Source: Octopus vulgaris
Taxonomy: Eukaryota
Direction: 5' to 3'
Length of the DNA stretch: 64,000 nucleotides
Assembly (NCBI GenBank): GCA_951406725.2
Contig: OX597828.1
Location: 29,450,001-29,514,000 of the forward strand
Below, in pieces: positions 28,105 through 40,639 of the stretch (within the stretch, counting starts at the first letter, position 1; each line of letters starts with the position of its first letter). Under the pieces are notes generated by a model. The model ran no database searches. It saw only the letters and a list, made by a program, of their open reading frames with translations, and was not told the origin of the DNA. Made by a program: the position numbers and the translations under genes.

Positions 28105-29236
28105 CTTAAAACAGAGGCTCATGGGAAAATCTGCTCTGAAATTCATTCTCACTTCTAATTGATATTTAGGACTGAATTAACGATTTGCTGGTTCTTTTTT
28201 CGCCTTTGATTTAGTTTTTATGCGACTTATATCAAAGATTTCCTTTAACTGGAATTTCAGTGTGTAGTTTGTCAGAACTGATGAGTGTTGTTGTTATTTG
28301 TGCTGTTGTTGATTCGTGCCTTCACCGAAATTATAAACCACTGAAAAAAATTAACCATTAATCATTTTTACAGCTAGCAGAACTCCCCATCATTACATCA
28401 TTACTCTCTGTTTCTACGTTTCTTTTTACTATTTCATATTTGTGTTTCAGTTATGTAAATAGGATAATAATTGTTTAAGTACTTTGAAATTTAGCAAATT
28501 AGCTAGCTGATCTAGTTAGTTATGTAGTTAGAGTCTAAAAGTTATTCAAAGAAACTTTAGCCTTGTGTCCACTTCTAGCTGTAATCCAAAACTAAATCGC
28601 TTCGACAGTAAGTTTAGAGAAGGTTGACGTGTTATAATTTGAAATATTTTGAATGTCAAGGAAGAATCTATTGAGTAGAAGGAGACCAAACGTTGGTGAA
28701 AACCAGCAACGCGGTTTCAGTTCTTGGTTATGATTATTCAAGTTCATTTTCTTCGCTGATAACTTATGTTAGTCTACATTCGGGTAACAATTTCAGCTTG
28801 GAGGAATTTCCATTAAGTTGTGTAGATCTAAGAAATTAATTGATTTTTCACATTGGTAGGGATCACACAAACGTAGTGATTGATATATAAATCTGCTGCC
28901 ACTTTTATTGAAATACTTACCTCTACCACCAGTGGCGGATTTGAACTACAAACGGAAAGGCATGTAATTAAATATTGAATGGCATCTAATTCGACAGATC
29001 ATCGGCCACTGAGGTATTCTGGAATATGAACCAAGTGGGACGGGACTAAATACTTAATGGTATCTACTCGAACACTCCACCGCTCTCGGTGGGACTTGAA
29101 CCAAGAACGTAAGAGATCTAACTGAACAGCAGCTAGTCTAATACCTTTATATATACATAATACATACATACGTACGTACGTACATACATACATACATACA
29201 TACATACATACATACATACATACATACATACATACA

Positions 29237-29272
<36 letters not shown>

Positions 29273-29294
29273 TAAATATAAATATAGATATATA

Positions 29295-29720
29295 GAGGGT
29301 TCGTTGGACACTGTGAGACGACTGTTGTTATCGCTAGGCCTAACTCATCGTAAAGTCAATACCACCATGACCGATATCCAATCTACAGTGCAGAAGGCTA
29401 GCCACTGGATTTGGTTAAAAAGAGACGATGAGCGATGGCTAGAGGGATATTGGGGTTTAATTTTATAACCAGCTGATCTAGCAAGCGGGGCCTCATATCA
29501 GTGAGGGGGGCCGGTGCGCATTGATGCCGTCCAGAGGTAGGCCCCGAAACGGCGCGCATTCTCTCCTAATGACCCCATACACTTGCTGGCTTCCGGTATA
29601 CGGAGTTATTGACTGGTAGCACTTGCATGTGCAAGTTGTTTGCAAGACATCAGCCGAAACGTTGTGTTAACAACAAACAAGATGAGAACAAATATCCGCC
29701 AAATGTAAATAATGTAAATA
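29295..29720 (+). mobile_element. 3' end of a Hero/NeSL-like (restriction-like endonuclease) non-LTR retrotransposon
   Basis: RGFVGH, then a frameshift to VRRLLLSLGLTHRKVNTTMTDIQSTVQKASHWIWLKRDDERW; GC-rich 3' UTR and (tgtaaataa)2 tail. Confidence 0.65.
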
Positions 29721-30175
29721 ATATACTAAGAAGATATTTTAATTATTTTTGGGTTTTTTATGTGTGCACGGTAGTCTCATTTTCATAAAATGTGCTCAGC
29801 AGGCCTTGCTGTGTAAGTGCCATTCCCAGCGCTTTATGGGTTAATGACAAAAAGGAGACAAAAGTCATGGCTTTATTTGAGTGGAGCGACAATAATATTT
29901 CCATTTTATCTTCGTAATCGTTTCCCGTTCAAACAAATTTCATACTTGGTCCCCACAAATCTTAACGGATTACTACGCAGTCCAACACTTTATTCAATAT
30001 GTTTCTACATTGTGTCTTGGCTCCGGGATAGCTCTGTTAAATGATTCCCATTTGTCAAAGACGTTCCGAACCTGCTCGTCCCAGGCATCCTGTTTTCTAG
30101 CGTCCAATATTTATATGTTCATATTTCAAGTCCCTAAGGTGAGGTCTTGAAGGAGAACTGGTTGCAGTTCAGGAC

Positions 30176-30176
30176 A

Positions 30177-30252
<76 letters not shown>

Positions 30253-30329
30253 GTCTATCTGTCTATCTGTCTGTCTGTCTATCTGTGTGTGTGTGTGTAT
30301 GTAGTATATGTATTATCTTCTGACATTAT

Positions 30330-30386
<57 letters not shown>

Positions 30387-30495
30387 ACCACAATCACTAC
30401 TACTACACCACAACCACCACCACCACCACTACTAGTACTACACGACGACGACGACGACCACCACCACCACCACCACGACCACCACGACCACCACC

Positions 30496-30564
<69 letters not shown>

Positions 30565-30580
30565 GCTCCTACGACGACGA
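30176..30580. repeat. (ATCT)n followed by compound trinucleotide repeats (CTA)n/(CCA)n/(CGA)n
   Basis: Directly visible; source of the poly-L/P/S/G ORF artefacts. Confidence 0.95.
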
Positions 30581-31064
30581 TTTTCACTTTTGTTTTGTAT
30601 GTATTTATTCTGAACATGTCTTCTCCTTAAACATGTCTGACTCGTTGAAACTTGCAAGCATCAAGCGGCCGATAATAATCAATTGGATATAAGGCTTCTA
30701 TTACCATTGCCATTATTTTATTCATACAATGATTGTTGTTTTGTTGGCATCTCCTATACGCATAAATTCAGAGGCATCAAATACACACAGATATTTCTCC
30801 GCCTCTTTCTCTCTCTCTCTCTCTGCAAGTTCTGTTCATTTGTAAGTGTATTCATATTGCTCACGATTTGCAGTTGTCACGGAATATAACGTTTTTACAG
30901 TTTGGCATAGACATTATTGTGGATTAATTGAACATATATGAGTTTATGGTACATTTCTGGCCTGGACAAGAGATACAATTGAATTAGAAAGAGGGAGGGA
31001 AAGATAACAAAAGAAAAAGAGAGAGAAAAAGAAAGATTGATGAAAGACGCGGAGAGGAAGGAGT

Positions 31065-31120
<56 letters not shown>

Positions 31121-31625
31121 GTCAACATAGAGTGTTTGGTGCAGGGAATTCGCTTGATTTTCTATCGACTGAAAAAATCACAACGATATCATTGCTGGAA
31201 AAGAAATTGATGAGCGACCATCGCTAGTGATTACTTTAGCTTTGTTGCGCATGAAAATAGCTTAAAAACCAGGGCTCAGAGCAAGAGCACGAACACACGC
31301 ACACACACACACACACAAACGCGCGCGCACACACAAACACACATCGTACTCCCACTCTGTAGTGGTGAGTCTATAACCATTAATAAAATTGTAAAGACAT
31401 TGTTAAACATAATTTTCTACAATACGCTGGTACATTGCAAAGTGGGGTATTAATAAACTTGTACCATTTGTACTATTTCATTTAAATTGTTTACGTAAAT
31501 TTGATCATTTAGAGACAACCACACCTGGTTCGCAAAAACTCAGTAACCTGGAAAAGCATTGGATCCAGAAAAATCGATGTTGTTCCTTCGTTTGAAAGGA
31601 GCTGTAAGCTATCCTCCTCTTCCGC

Positions 31626-31698
<73 letters not shown>

Positions 31699-31722
31699 AT
31701 TTATTTAAATTAGAATTAATAC

Positions 31723-31759
31723 ACTTAACCGGTTTCACATTCATGTTATTTTCAAAAGT
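31723..31759 (-). ncRNA. Hammerhead-like motif with U3-A8 core; decayed inverted partner at 31841-31877 (+)
   Basis: actt TTGAAAA ta aca-tgaa-tgt GAAA ccgg TT aagt; 2-nt insertion before stem II. Confidence 0.5.
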
Positions 31760-32205
31760 AAAAAGTTTTGAGGAACGTGGAAATGTGTAGCAAACTGCTT
31801 CGTTTCTAGTCGACACAGCTCTACATTCCACAAAACTATGATTGTGAAAAATCACACGCTTGTGAAACCGGTTAAGTGTATTGACTTGTAACAAATCTTT
31901 AAAATGCATAAACTCTTTGTGCATTTTCAATTCCATTTACTTCTATAATGCTACTTGCATGGATTATCAACGATGTACTCACACCCCCCACACACACCCA
32001 CACATACATACATGCACACACATGCACATATGTATATACGTGTGCAAATGTCGAACATTGAGAATGAGTGCTCAACACCGCATTGGTGGATAATATTCCT
32101 TAATTTCTGAATTAAAGTTACCATTGTTTTCATGTAAGAATACAAGATATTTTTGTTAACATGAAACCAATGGCAGCCTTAATATATACATATGTGTGTG
32201 GCGTA

Positions 32206-32256
<51 letters not shown>

Positions 32257-32295
32257 ACATATATGTATGCATATATATATATGTATATGTATATG

Positions 32296-32379
<84 letters not shown>

Positions 32380-32530
32380 GAGTAGTTGAATGAATTATCT
32401 TATTATGGAAAATTCGGTTAACCGATACCTGGGTAGCAAATTCACGTCAGAAAAACACGGTTGAAGATACATGCCTAGGGCAGAGATCACGTGCTATCGT
32501 GTGGAAATTTGTGTGTTTTTGGGAATACAG

Positions 32531-32623
32531 ATAAATGAAAGAATGGAGTTGAACGACGAATTAACAAAATTCGAAAATAAAATAAAGGAATTTTGTTAAT
32601 TCGTCGTTCAACTCCATTCTTTC

Positions 32624-32629
<6 letters not shown>
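32531..32629. repeat. Perfect 42-bp inverted repeat next to (TA)n
   Basis: 32531-32572 is the exact reverse complement of 32588-32629. Confidence 0.9.
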
Positions 32630-32659
<30 letters not shown>

Positions 32660-32661
<2 letters not shown>

Positions 32662-32888
32662 ACATTATATATAAGGGCTTAGTAAAATAAATTACTTTGC
32701 CACATACTGAACTCATTAGAAATAGCAGCTAAAGAAAATTCTTCAGCTATTTCTAATACTTAAAGAAGATCTCTCTCAGATATTTTAAGTATTAGAAATA
32801 GCTGAAGAAATTTCTTTAGCTGCTATTTCTAATGAGTTCAGTATGTGGCAAAGTAATTTATTTTACTAAGCCCTTATATATAATGTAA
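32660..32888. repeat. 105-bp inverted repeat (fold-back) within (TA)n
   Basis: Arms 32660-32764 and 32784-32888, one mismatch seen. Confidence 0.9.
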
Positions 32889-33834
32889 TATTTTGAATTC
32901 GCCTAAAATGGTCCCTTTACATACTGAATACTTGGTGAAATTGATTAATAATTAATTAATTTTACCCTCAATTGTTGAAATATATATATATATATATATT
33001 TATATATATGTATAAATATATGTGTGTATGTATATATTTGTATTTATATACGCTAATACAAAAACCAATATTTCTCTATACTAATCCTTATTAGAGAGTT
33101 AAGTGTTTTATGGTTCCAGAAGTGTTTTATAACCAAGGACACTGCGGTGGCCGATAAGAAAATAAGAGCAATCAAACATTCTAGTCTGGTCATTTAGTAC
33201 ACTGTCAACTCGCATTTTGAAATTCTTTCTTCCTCAGCTTGTAATAAATAATTTACGAGAAATTCTACGTGTTGATAACCTTATATTCAATTCACTAATA
33301 ATACCACTGTTAACTTTATGAGTAAAACCAATGCCAGCTACGTAATTTATCGTGGAAATAGCGACAAACATGTTATACAATAACCGTACCACAGAAAGGA
33401 GCAGTGTATGTTACACACACGCGCACACACACATGTATGTATTTGTGTGTGCGTATATGTGTATGTATGTGTGTGTGTGTGTGTGTTTACGGTTCGTTTA
33501 CACAGTAAATTGCTTTCGAACGTCATTGTGCGGATCGATGGGGATTAAGTTTTTAATGCTATCAACAAAAACACACAAACAGTAGAAACAATTATTGAAA
33601 TAGAGATAAAGTACGATTACGTAGAAAAACCTCAATTAAAAAAAAGCAAATACTTCAAGCCATCTCTTACTACTTGCGCTGTATTCTACTAAATGTTTGA
33701 CTTGTAATGTTGATTTGGTTAAACATTGTTAGCTCGTTGTATCGTATAGCAAAGATGGCTAGAGTAAATCGTTCTGGGGATTTAAGTTCTCTTCCATATA
33801 ATAGACCAATTTTTTATTTTGTTTCTCCATCATG

Positions 33835-34290
33835 CTGCTAAGTATAAAGTAGACGGCTGCCTTTTGCATGGCGTGTGTAGAGAACATTCTTCATTATGGT
33901 TCCGAAACATGGACTTTAGAGAAAGAACTACAAGATTACGTTCATAATTCATACGCCACTCTTCTAAAGAGAGCTCAAAATATCTCCCAGTTTTAGCTTA
34001 AGACGAAAGATTTATGGACACATTTCACCTATCTCTACTGTTGCTGCAAAAACTAAGGGATGCTTTATTATTAGCCACAGTTATCTGTATTTCAGACCAT
34101 ATTGAAAGTTATATTTTGGAGACTTCCGTAACCTTACAGAGAACAAAACCTGCTGAAGTACACTAACAGTATTGACAGAGATATACAAAATCAAACTGAA
34201 GATTTACCACAGCTAATAGGACGAAGAGATGCTTAGTGAAGCGTGGTGAAATGCATCTCGGTTGCAGTCGAGCAAAACAAAAGAAGAATG
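33835..34290 (+). mobile_element. Decayed RTE-clade LINE 3' fragment
   Basis: ACVENILHYGSETWTLEKEL (LLYGxETWT motif), then LLKRAQNIS. Confidence 0.7.
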
Positions 34291-34919
34291 GATGATGGAT
34301 GCTTGGAATTTGTGGAAAAGACTACCGGCTACGATACGTTTTCTTTTCCATTAATTCTTCTAAAAGGCCTTTCATTTATATTCAACTGTTTCGTAGGTTT
34401 TGTCGAGCACTTTTCAAAGTTTGATATTTTAATTTTCATTTCGAAATAATTGTCTTCCTTGTTTGGTTTTGATTTGAAATTTCAGACATCATTAGGGCGA
34501 CGAGTTTGCAGAATTGTTAGCGCACCGGGAAGAACAAAATGTTTTGTGGCATTTCGTCCGTCTTTACATTGTCAGTACAAAATCTGTTGTGGTCGACTTT
34601 ATCTTTCATCCTGTGGGGGACGATAAAATAAGTACCAGTTGAGTACTGCGGCCGATGTAATCGACTTACCTCGTCCCCCGAAATTGTTGGCCTTTTGTGA
34701 AAATTTGAAACCAGTTTAAAACACCAATATTTTGTTTCAATAATATTCAACTAAATACGGAAAACATTCACGGTTGTGACAGCTCGAAGGTGAAAGGATT
34801 TGACTTAGCAGTCCGTTGCTATTCATTTTTAGCTGAGTAGTTTGTAGCGACATGAAGTGATGTAGCTTACTGAAGGACACAAAGCGATGTCCTATTGTCA
34901 CCCTTACCACTAGATAATG

Positions 34920-35011
<92 letters not shown>

Positions 35012-36133
35012 TTAGTGTTAACTGCAGGAAGAAAGAGTACGCAATACCAGCGTAGAAATTATATTTTATTTTGCTTATATTGGCTGTATTTTTCAATATT
35101 GTTTTAGCAAGAATAACTAACCTTAACAATGCGCACATTAGATAGCTTACTAAGGCTTATTGTGAGATATTGATGAGATTTGGTGGATGATTGCATTGGG
35201 TGAGGATGTAAAATGGCTACTATCGAGTTACTTAAAGTACTGATCAATTTCAGTTTAGCTTAAATGCAGCGTTTGTGAAGTTTTACATTTAAATATGTTG
35301 TTCAAAGGCATGTGTATATATTTATTATAAATACTAATGCAGATTCCACTTAAAGAGAGGTCCGTTTAAAATCTCCCTTTCTGCCCTTTTAAAACTTAGC
35401 AATGGACCTTATTATAAAGGAGAGCTCTCATCGCATGCATAATAATCTACAGGTAATATGTGATATTAGTGTATCTTTTGGCGAAAGGGATGGGTTTTAG
35501 ATCTCGGCTCATGGAAACGATATCATCAACGATATCGAATTGGATAAATTTGTTTCCGGTACCATTAGACTATATAAAATCGCGGTGTTATAGCGCAAAT
35601 TCAAGTTCACAGACCGCTCTCAACCAGCGCTAGGTTTACTAAATATATCAAGATCATCTCTTTACATTATTAATCTTCTTTTAAGTGATTTCGACCCCCA
35701 CTTTTTGTTGTCATTCTCGGAGCTAATGGAATTCCAGTGAGCCTTTTAAGATTGTCTTATATGTTATGTTTTGCGACTATCTGTTGTATTCTATGATGAC
35801 GTCGTTGCATGAGTCGCTGCTGCTGCTGGTTCCATTAGAATGGGTTTCATGGTGTCTTAGCTTACCTTATATATATATTCTTTGCTTTGGATACAAATAC
35901 AAATTGGATTTGGATGATTTTAAATCCAAGATTATTAAGAGTAGAATTATTCACTCTGTATCACATATTACACGCATGCAACACAAAATTATATTAAAAG
36001 CTTTCATATTATTGTATCATAAAATAACTAAAATCATTCTGTGTGTCTCTATATATGTATATACCAAAATTATAGCCTCTGTGTGTGTGTGTGCGCGCGC
36101 GCGCGTTTGTTTATATATATTTATGTATATATA

Positions 36134-36610
36134 GGCGCAGGTGTGGCTGTGTAGTAACAAGTTTGCCTTCCATCTACATGATTCCAGGTTCAGTCCCACT
36201 GCGTGGAACCTTGGGCAAGTGTCGTATACTATAGTCTCGGGCCAACCAAAGCCTTGCGAGTGGATTTGGTAGACGGAAACTAAAAGAAGCCTGTCATACA
36301 GACACACACACACAAATATATATATACATACATACATACACACATACATACATACATATATATATATATACATATATATATGTGAGTATGTATGTATATA
36401 TCTATGTATATATGTGTCTTCGTATGTGTTTGTCCTCCTTCCACCGATTGACAACCTGCGTTGGTGTGTTTACGTTCTCGTAACTTAGCACTTCGGCAAA
36501 AGGATCGATAGAATAAGTAGCAGGTTTAAAAAACTACTGGGGTCGATTTATTCGACTAAAAATTCTTCAAGGCGGTGTCCCAGCATGGCCACAGTCTAAG
36601 GACTGAAACA
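36134..36610 (+). mobile_element. SINE family A, full length with expanded internal microsatellite
   Basis: Head, core and tail all present. Confidence 0.88.
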
Positions 36611-36782
36611 TGCTCAAGATAAAAGATACAAGATATGCTTATTTATGTATGTATGTATGTATGTATGTATGTATGTATGTATGTATGTATGTATGTATGT
36701 ATGTATGTATGTATGTATCTGTCTGCTTGTTTGTTTGTCTGTCTGTCTTTTTTTCTGTCTGCCTGTCTGTCTGTCTGTCTGA

Positions 36783-36840
<58 letters not shown>

Positions 36841-36886
36841 GTCTGTCTATCTATCTAACTATATGTCTGTCTGTCTGTCTGCCTAT

Positions 36887-36949
<63 letters not shown>

Positions 36950-36950
<1 letters not shown>

Positions 36951-37533
36951 ATCATACTTGTGGCTATGGCGAAAGAATGTATCTGGTGGACGCGCCTGAA
37001 AGGATTAGAGACAAACACTTTCCTCTCTGGTCAATCTCTCATCAACTTCTTCAAGTATCACTTGAGGAGGAAAGTGAGAGTAGAGAGGCAAGTTTTGTCT
37101 AGTGAATGTTTTAAAAAAAGATGTGTGAATGTAGCAAGGATGGCACGTATGAATGACGAAGCCACCTTGACTATGATTCTATGAACCATAAAAATTAATA
37201 GAGAGTTGCTTATTTGCAAAAAAAAAATAAAAGAAAGAAATATAACATGTGACTTCATTGACCGAGGTTACCGTGGTCTTTTCCGTAGGCTTTTCTTTCC
37301 ACAGGTAAACCTCACCTGTCCTCCCCTTTACACTTCATATTGACATTTCTGTGATAACGATCCCTATTGATCAATTTTTTCCTCTCCCCCTTTTTTTACC
37401 CCCCCTTTTTTGTCCTCTTTCTCTCCTTTTACGATCCCTTTTGATCGAACCCCCCCTTTTTTTTTCAAAAGAAAAGCTCTACCTTGTAATTTGTTCTATC
37501 TGTGTGCAGCCCTGTGTGGCTAATAAAGAAACA
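36950..37533 (+). mobile_element. 5'-truncated Tx1/L1-like LINE inserted in a (TCTA)n tract
   Basis: [14 protein letters not shown]...FKKRCVNVARM...* ORF2-like C-terminus, pyrimidine-rich 3' UTR, AATAAA tail; (TCTA)n on both flanks. Confidence 0.65.
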
Positions 37534-37697
<164 letters not shown>

Positions 37698-37705
37698 CGT
37701 CTGTC

Positions 37706-37736
<31 letters not shown>

Positions 37737-37755
37737 TTGTTTGCCTGTTTGACTG

Positions 37756-37825
<70 letters not shown>

Positions 37826-38322
37826 CATCCATAGGGTGTGTCTAGATGTGTGTATGTGTGGGGGTGCATTCATGTATAAATGACTATATATGTTTATACA
37901 TACATTCACGTTTGCTTCTATGCATGTATGAGTGTGCATATATTCAAAGAATTTTTCAACTAAATGAATAGCCGCATATATCAACACTCAGCGCTCTCTT
38001 GTGTTACGTGTTTATTGCACACTCATGTCAGCCATGTCTTGGCAGAATTAAGGTTAATCTTCTTACACCCACACAACTTTAGCTTATATCTTTTATCACG
38101 TTTCTTTCATGAAGTAAACTTACGTGGATCACCTTATCTATGTATTTAAAGTTAGCTTTTTTTGTAAATTTTTAAGAATAAAATTTTCAACATAATAAAT
38201 ACAAGACAAACATAATAAAAACAAAACAAAACAAAACAAAACAAAGCAACAAAGGAAATCTTGCAGAAGTCTCATCGGATTTATTCTGTTATATGTAATA
38301 TATATAATTATATAATATATAA

Positions 38323-38554
38323 GGCGGCGAGCTGGCAGAAACGTTAGCACGCCGGGCGAAATGCTTAGCGGTATTTCGTCTGCCGTTACGTTGTGAGTTC
38401 AAAATCCCGCCGAGGTCGACTTTGCCTTTCATCCTTTCGGGGTCGATAAATTAAGTACCAGTTACGCACTGGGGTCGATATAATCGACATAATACCTATG
38501 TCTGTCCTTGTTTGTCCCCTCTGTGTTTAGCCCCTTGTGGGTAGTAAAGAAATA
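38323..38554 (+). mobile_element. SINE family B, full length
   Basis: Matches 4028-4259. Confidence 0.9.
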
Positions 38555-38841
38555 GATATATAATATATACCGTAAATGATGGAGTATCAAAGATTCTGTA
38601 ACACAAATAGCAGCGGAAACATATCATTAATTTACATTGCCCCACCACACACACACACACACATACACACACACATATATATGTACAGGAAAAATTATGA
38701 GTTAGAGGTTATGCAACCGTCTAAGGGATTAATTTATCCGTAGGCCCTACTGGTGTATTACCTAACTATGTATAGGCCTTGCTATAAGGTTAACAATAGT
38801 TGGTAATTTAAATGGTAAAACCGTGGTTTAATATATGCTGA

Positions 38842-38978
38842 TAAGAAAAGAATTGGAACAGCAGTTAAGAACTAGAAGTTGATCATTGGTATTAAATGGT
38901 CATAGTTTCATTGACCATTTAATACCAATGATGAACTTCTAATTGTTAATTGTTGTTCCATTTCTTTCCTTATCAGTA
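38842..38978. repeat. Imperfect ~64-bp inverted repeat
   Basis: ctgataag...aaatggtca / tgaccattt...cttatcag around a 9-nt loop. Confidence 0.8.
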
Positions 38979-39010
38979 CTGAAAAAACCCCGTTATATAT
39001 ATATATATAT

Positions 39011-39148
39011 ATGTATTTGGAAAAAGTCAAGATAGAAAATGCTAAAATAATTTTATAAAAACATTTCGTTGATTGAAAAGTCTCAATCACTGACTGGTAC
39101 TGAAATGTTTTTTATAAATTATTTTAGCATTTCTATCTTGACTTTCAA

Positions 39149-39220
<72 letters not shown>

Positions 39221-39345
39221 TTGAAAAAAAGTCAAGATAGAAAATGCTAAAATAATTTTATAAAAAACATTTCAGTACCGGTTTCAGTCATTGAGACTTT
39301 TTCAACTGTAACAACTAAACAATTAAATTTAGAAAAATTAAAAGA
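39011..39345. mobile_element. Three alternately oriented copies of a Penelope-like terminal fragment around (TA)n
   Basis: aaagtcaagatagaaaatgctaaaataattttataaaaa in +, - and + orientation; hammerhead motif included. Confidence 0.7.
39273..39308 (-). ncRNA. Minimal type I hammerhead motif with U3-A8 core
   Basis: cag TTGAAAA agtc-tcaat-gact GAAA ccgg TA ctg. Confidence 0.7.
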
Positions 39346-39420
39346 AAAGTCCCTTTAAAAGAATATTTGTAGAGTGTTCAAATACAAGTGGCACCTTCCC
39401 TGGTTCTGCCCGTCTCTGTC

Positions 39421-39467
<47 letters not shown>

Positions 39468-39469
39468 AT

Positions 39470-39672
39470 GCATTTGTGTGTCTGTGCTTGTCGCCCTACT
39501 ATCGATTGACAACCGATGCTGGTGTGTTTACGTTCCCGTAAACTAGCGGTTCGGCAGAAGATACCGATAGGATAAGTACCAGGATTACAAAGAATAATTC
39601 CTGGGGTCAATTTCTTCGACTAAAAGGTGATGCTCCAGAATGGCCCCAGTCAAATGCCTGAAACAAGTACAA
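39470..39672 (+). mobile_element. SINE family A, 3' half
   Basis: tgacaaccgatgctggtgtgtttacg...ctgaaacaagta. Confidence 0.8.
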
Positions 39673-39690
39673 GAATAATCCATACATACA

Positions 39691-39749
<59 letters not shown>

Positions 39750-39883
39750 TCACATACGCATACATAGATACACACACGCGCGCACACACACACAACCTGC
39801 ACAGATGATTTTCTTAAAGTCATCAAAGTGCTTGTGCTGTTCATTAGTTCACTCCCCACTCAATCAAATCGACTTTGCCTGTA

Positions 39884-40117
39884 CAGTTGCACGGTGTTCC
39901 ATGCATCAGATGCCAAAGCGATCGTAGATCAACGTGAAATGAAGTCTTTTGCTGAAGAACACTACGTACCGCCGGGTGCGGGAATTGAAACCAAGATCTT
40001 GCGGTCGTGAGTGCAACCTTCTAAATATTAGGCCACTAGAGAGAGAGAGGGAAAGAGAGAGTGAGAGAGAGAGAGAGATGGGTGTAGGTGTGTGTATGTA
40101 TAGTATGCCCTTAACTC
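39884..40117. repeat. ~235-bp segment duplicated in inverted orientation at 45744-45989
   Basis: Near-identical reverse complement including a decayed SINE head, a (GA)n tract and unique flank. Confidence 0.9.
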
Positions 40118-40265
40118 TTAATAAAGTTCCTAGGGGCGCCGTCGTTTGACTCTTTGTTTGAAGCATTTTAAACCTCTTCAGGTCTGAACTCAGCCAATTT
40201 TTTTTTCCAGGTAGAAATTGAATGAATAAAAAACGCAGCAGTACCGTATTGGTGGCGTTTCTTAC

Positions 40266-40295
40266 CAATCTCATTATCGGCCATTCAATTTCTAT
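40266..40295 (-). other. Candidate 30-nt exon (IEIEWPIMRL in phase 0, or start MADNEI with a phase-1 end)
   Basis: Acceptor cattttttccag, donor GTAAGA; lies inside a nested inverted-repeat element (40101-40363). Confidence 0.3.
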
Positions 40296-40594
40296 CTGGA
40301 AAAAATGCCCATTGATCACGATGGCGCTTTTAGAAGTTCATTAGCAGAGTTAAGGGCATACTAAATACCCACAATGTAGACCGCAATATAGAAGGAATTG
40401 GTACCATGACACCAGCTACTTTTTTAAAGTTTACTGATGGTGGTACGCTATGAAGAGAGTTCTTGAAAACAGTTTCAACGCACCAGTTGCAGTTGCTTGG
40501 GAATCAAGTTGCAGTTGCTTTAGAATCTAACACATCCACATGGCTCTTGACAAACTTTGTGTAGTTTGCATTTTCTGCTTTTCCTGTTAGTGTT

Positions 40595-40639
<45 letters not shown>

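Noticed and set aside
32660-32888. Hairpins as microRNA precursors
   Set aside because: Arms are too long and perfect, repeat-derived, and match no miRNA I recognise
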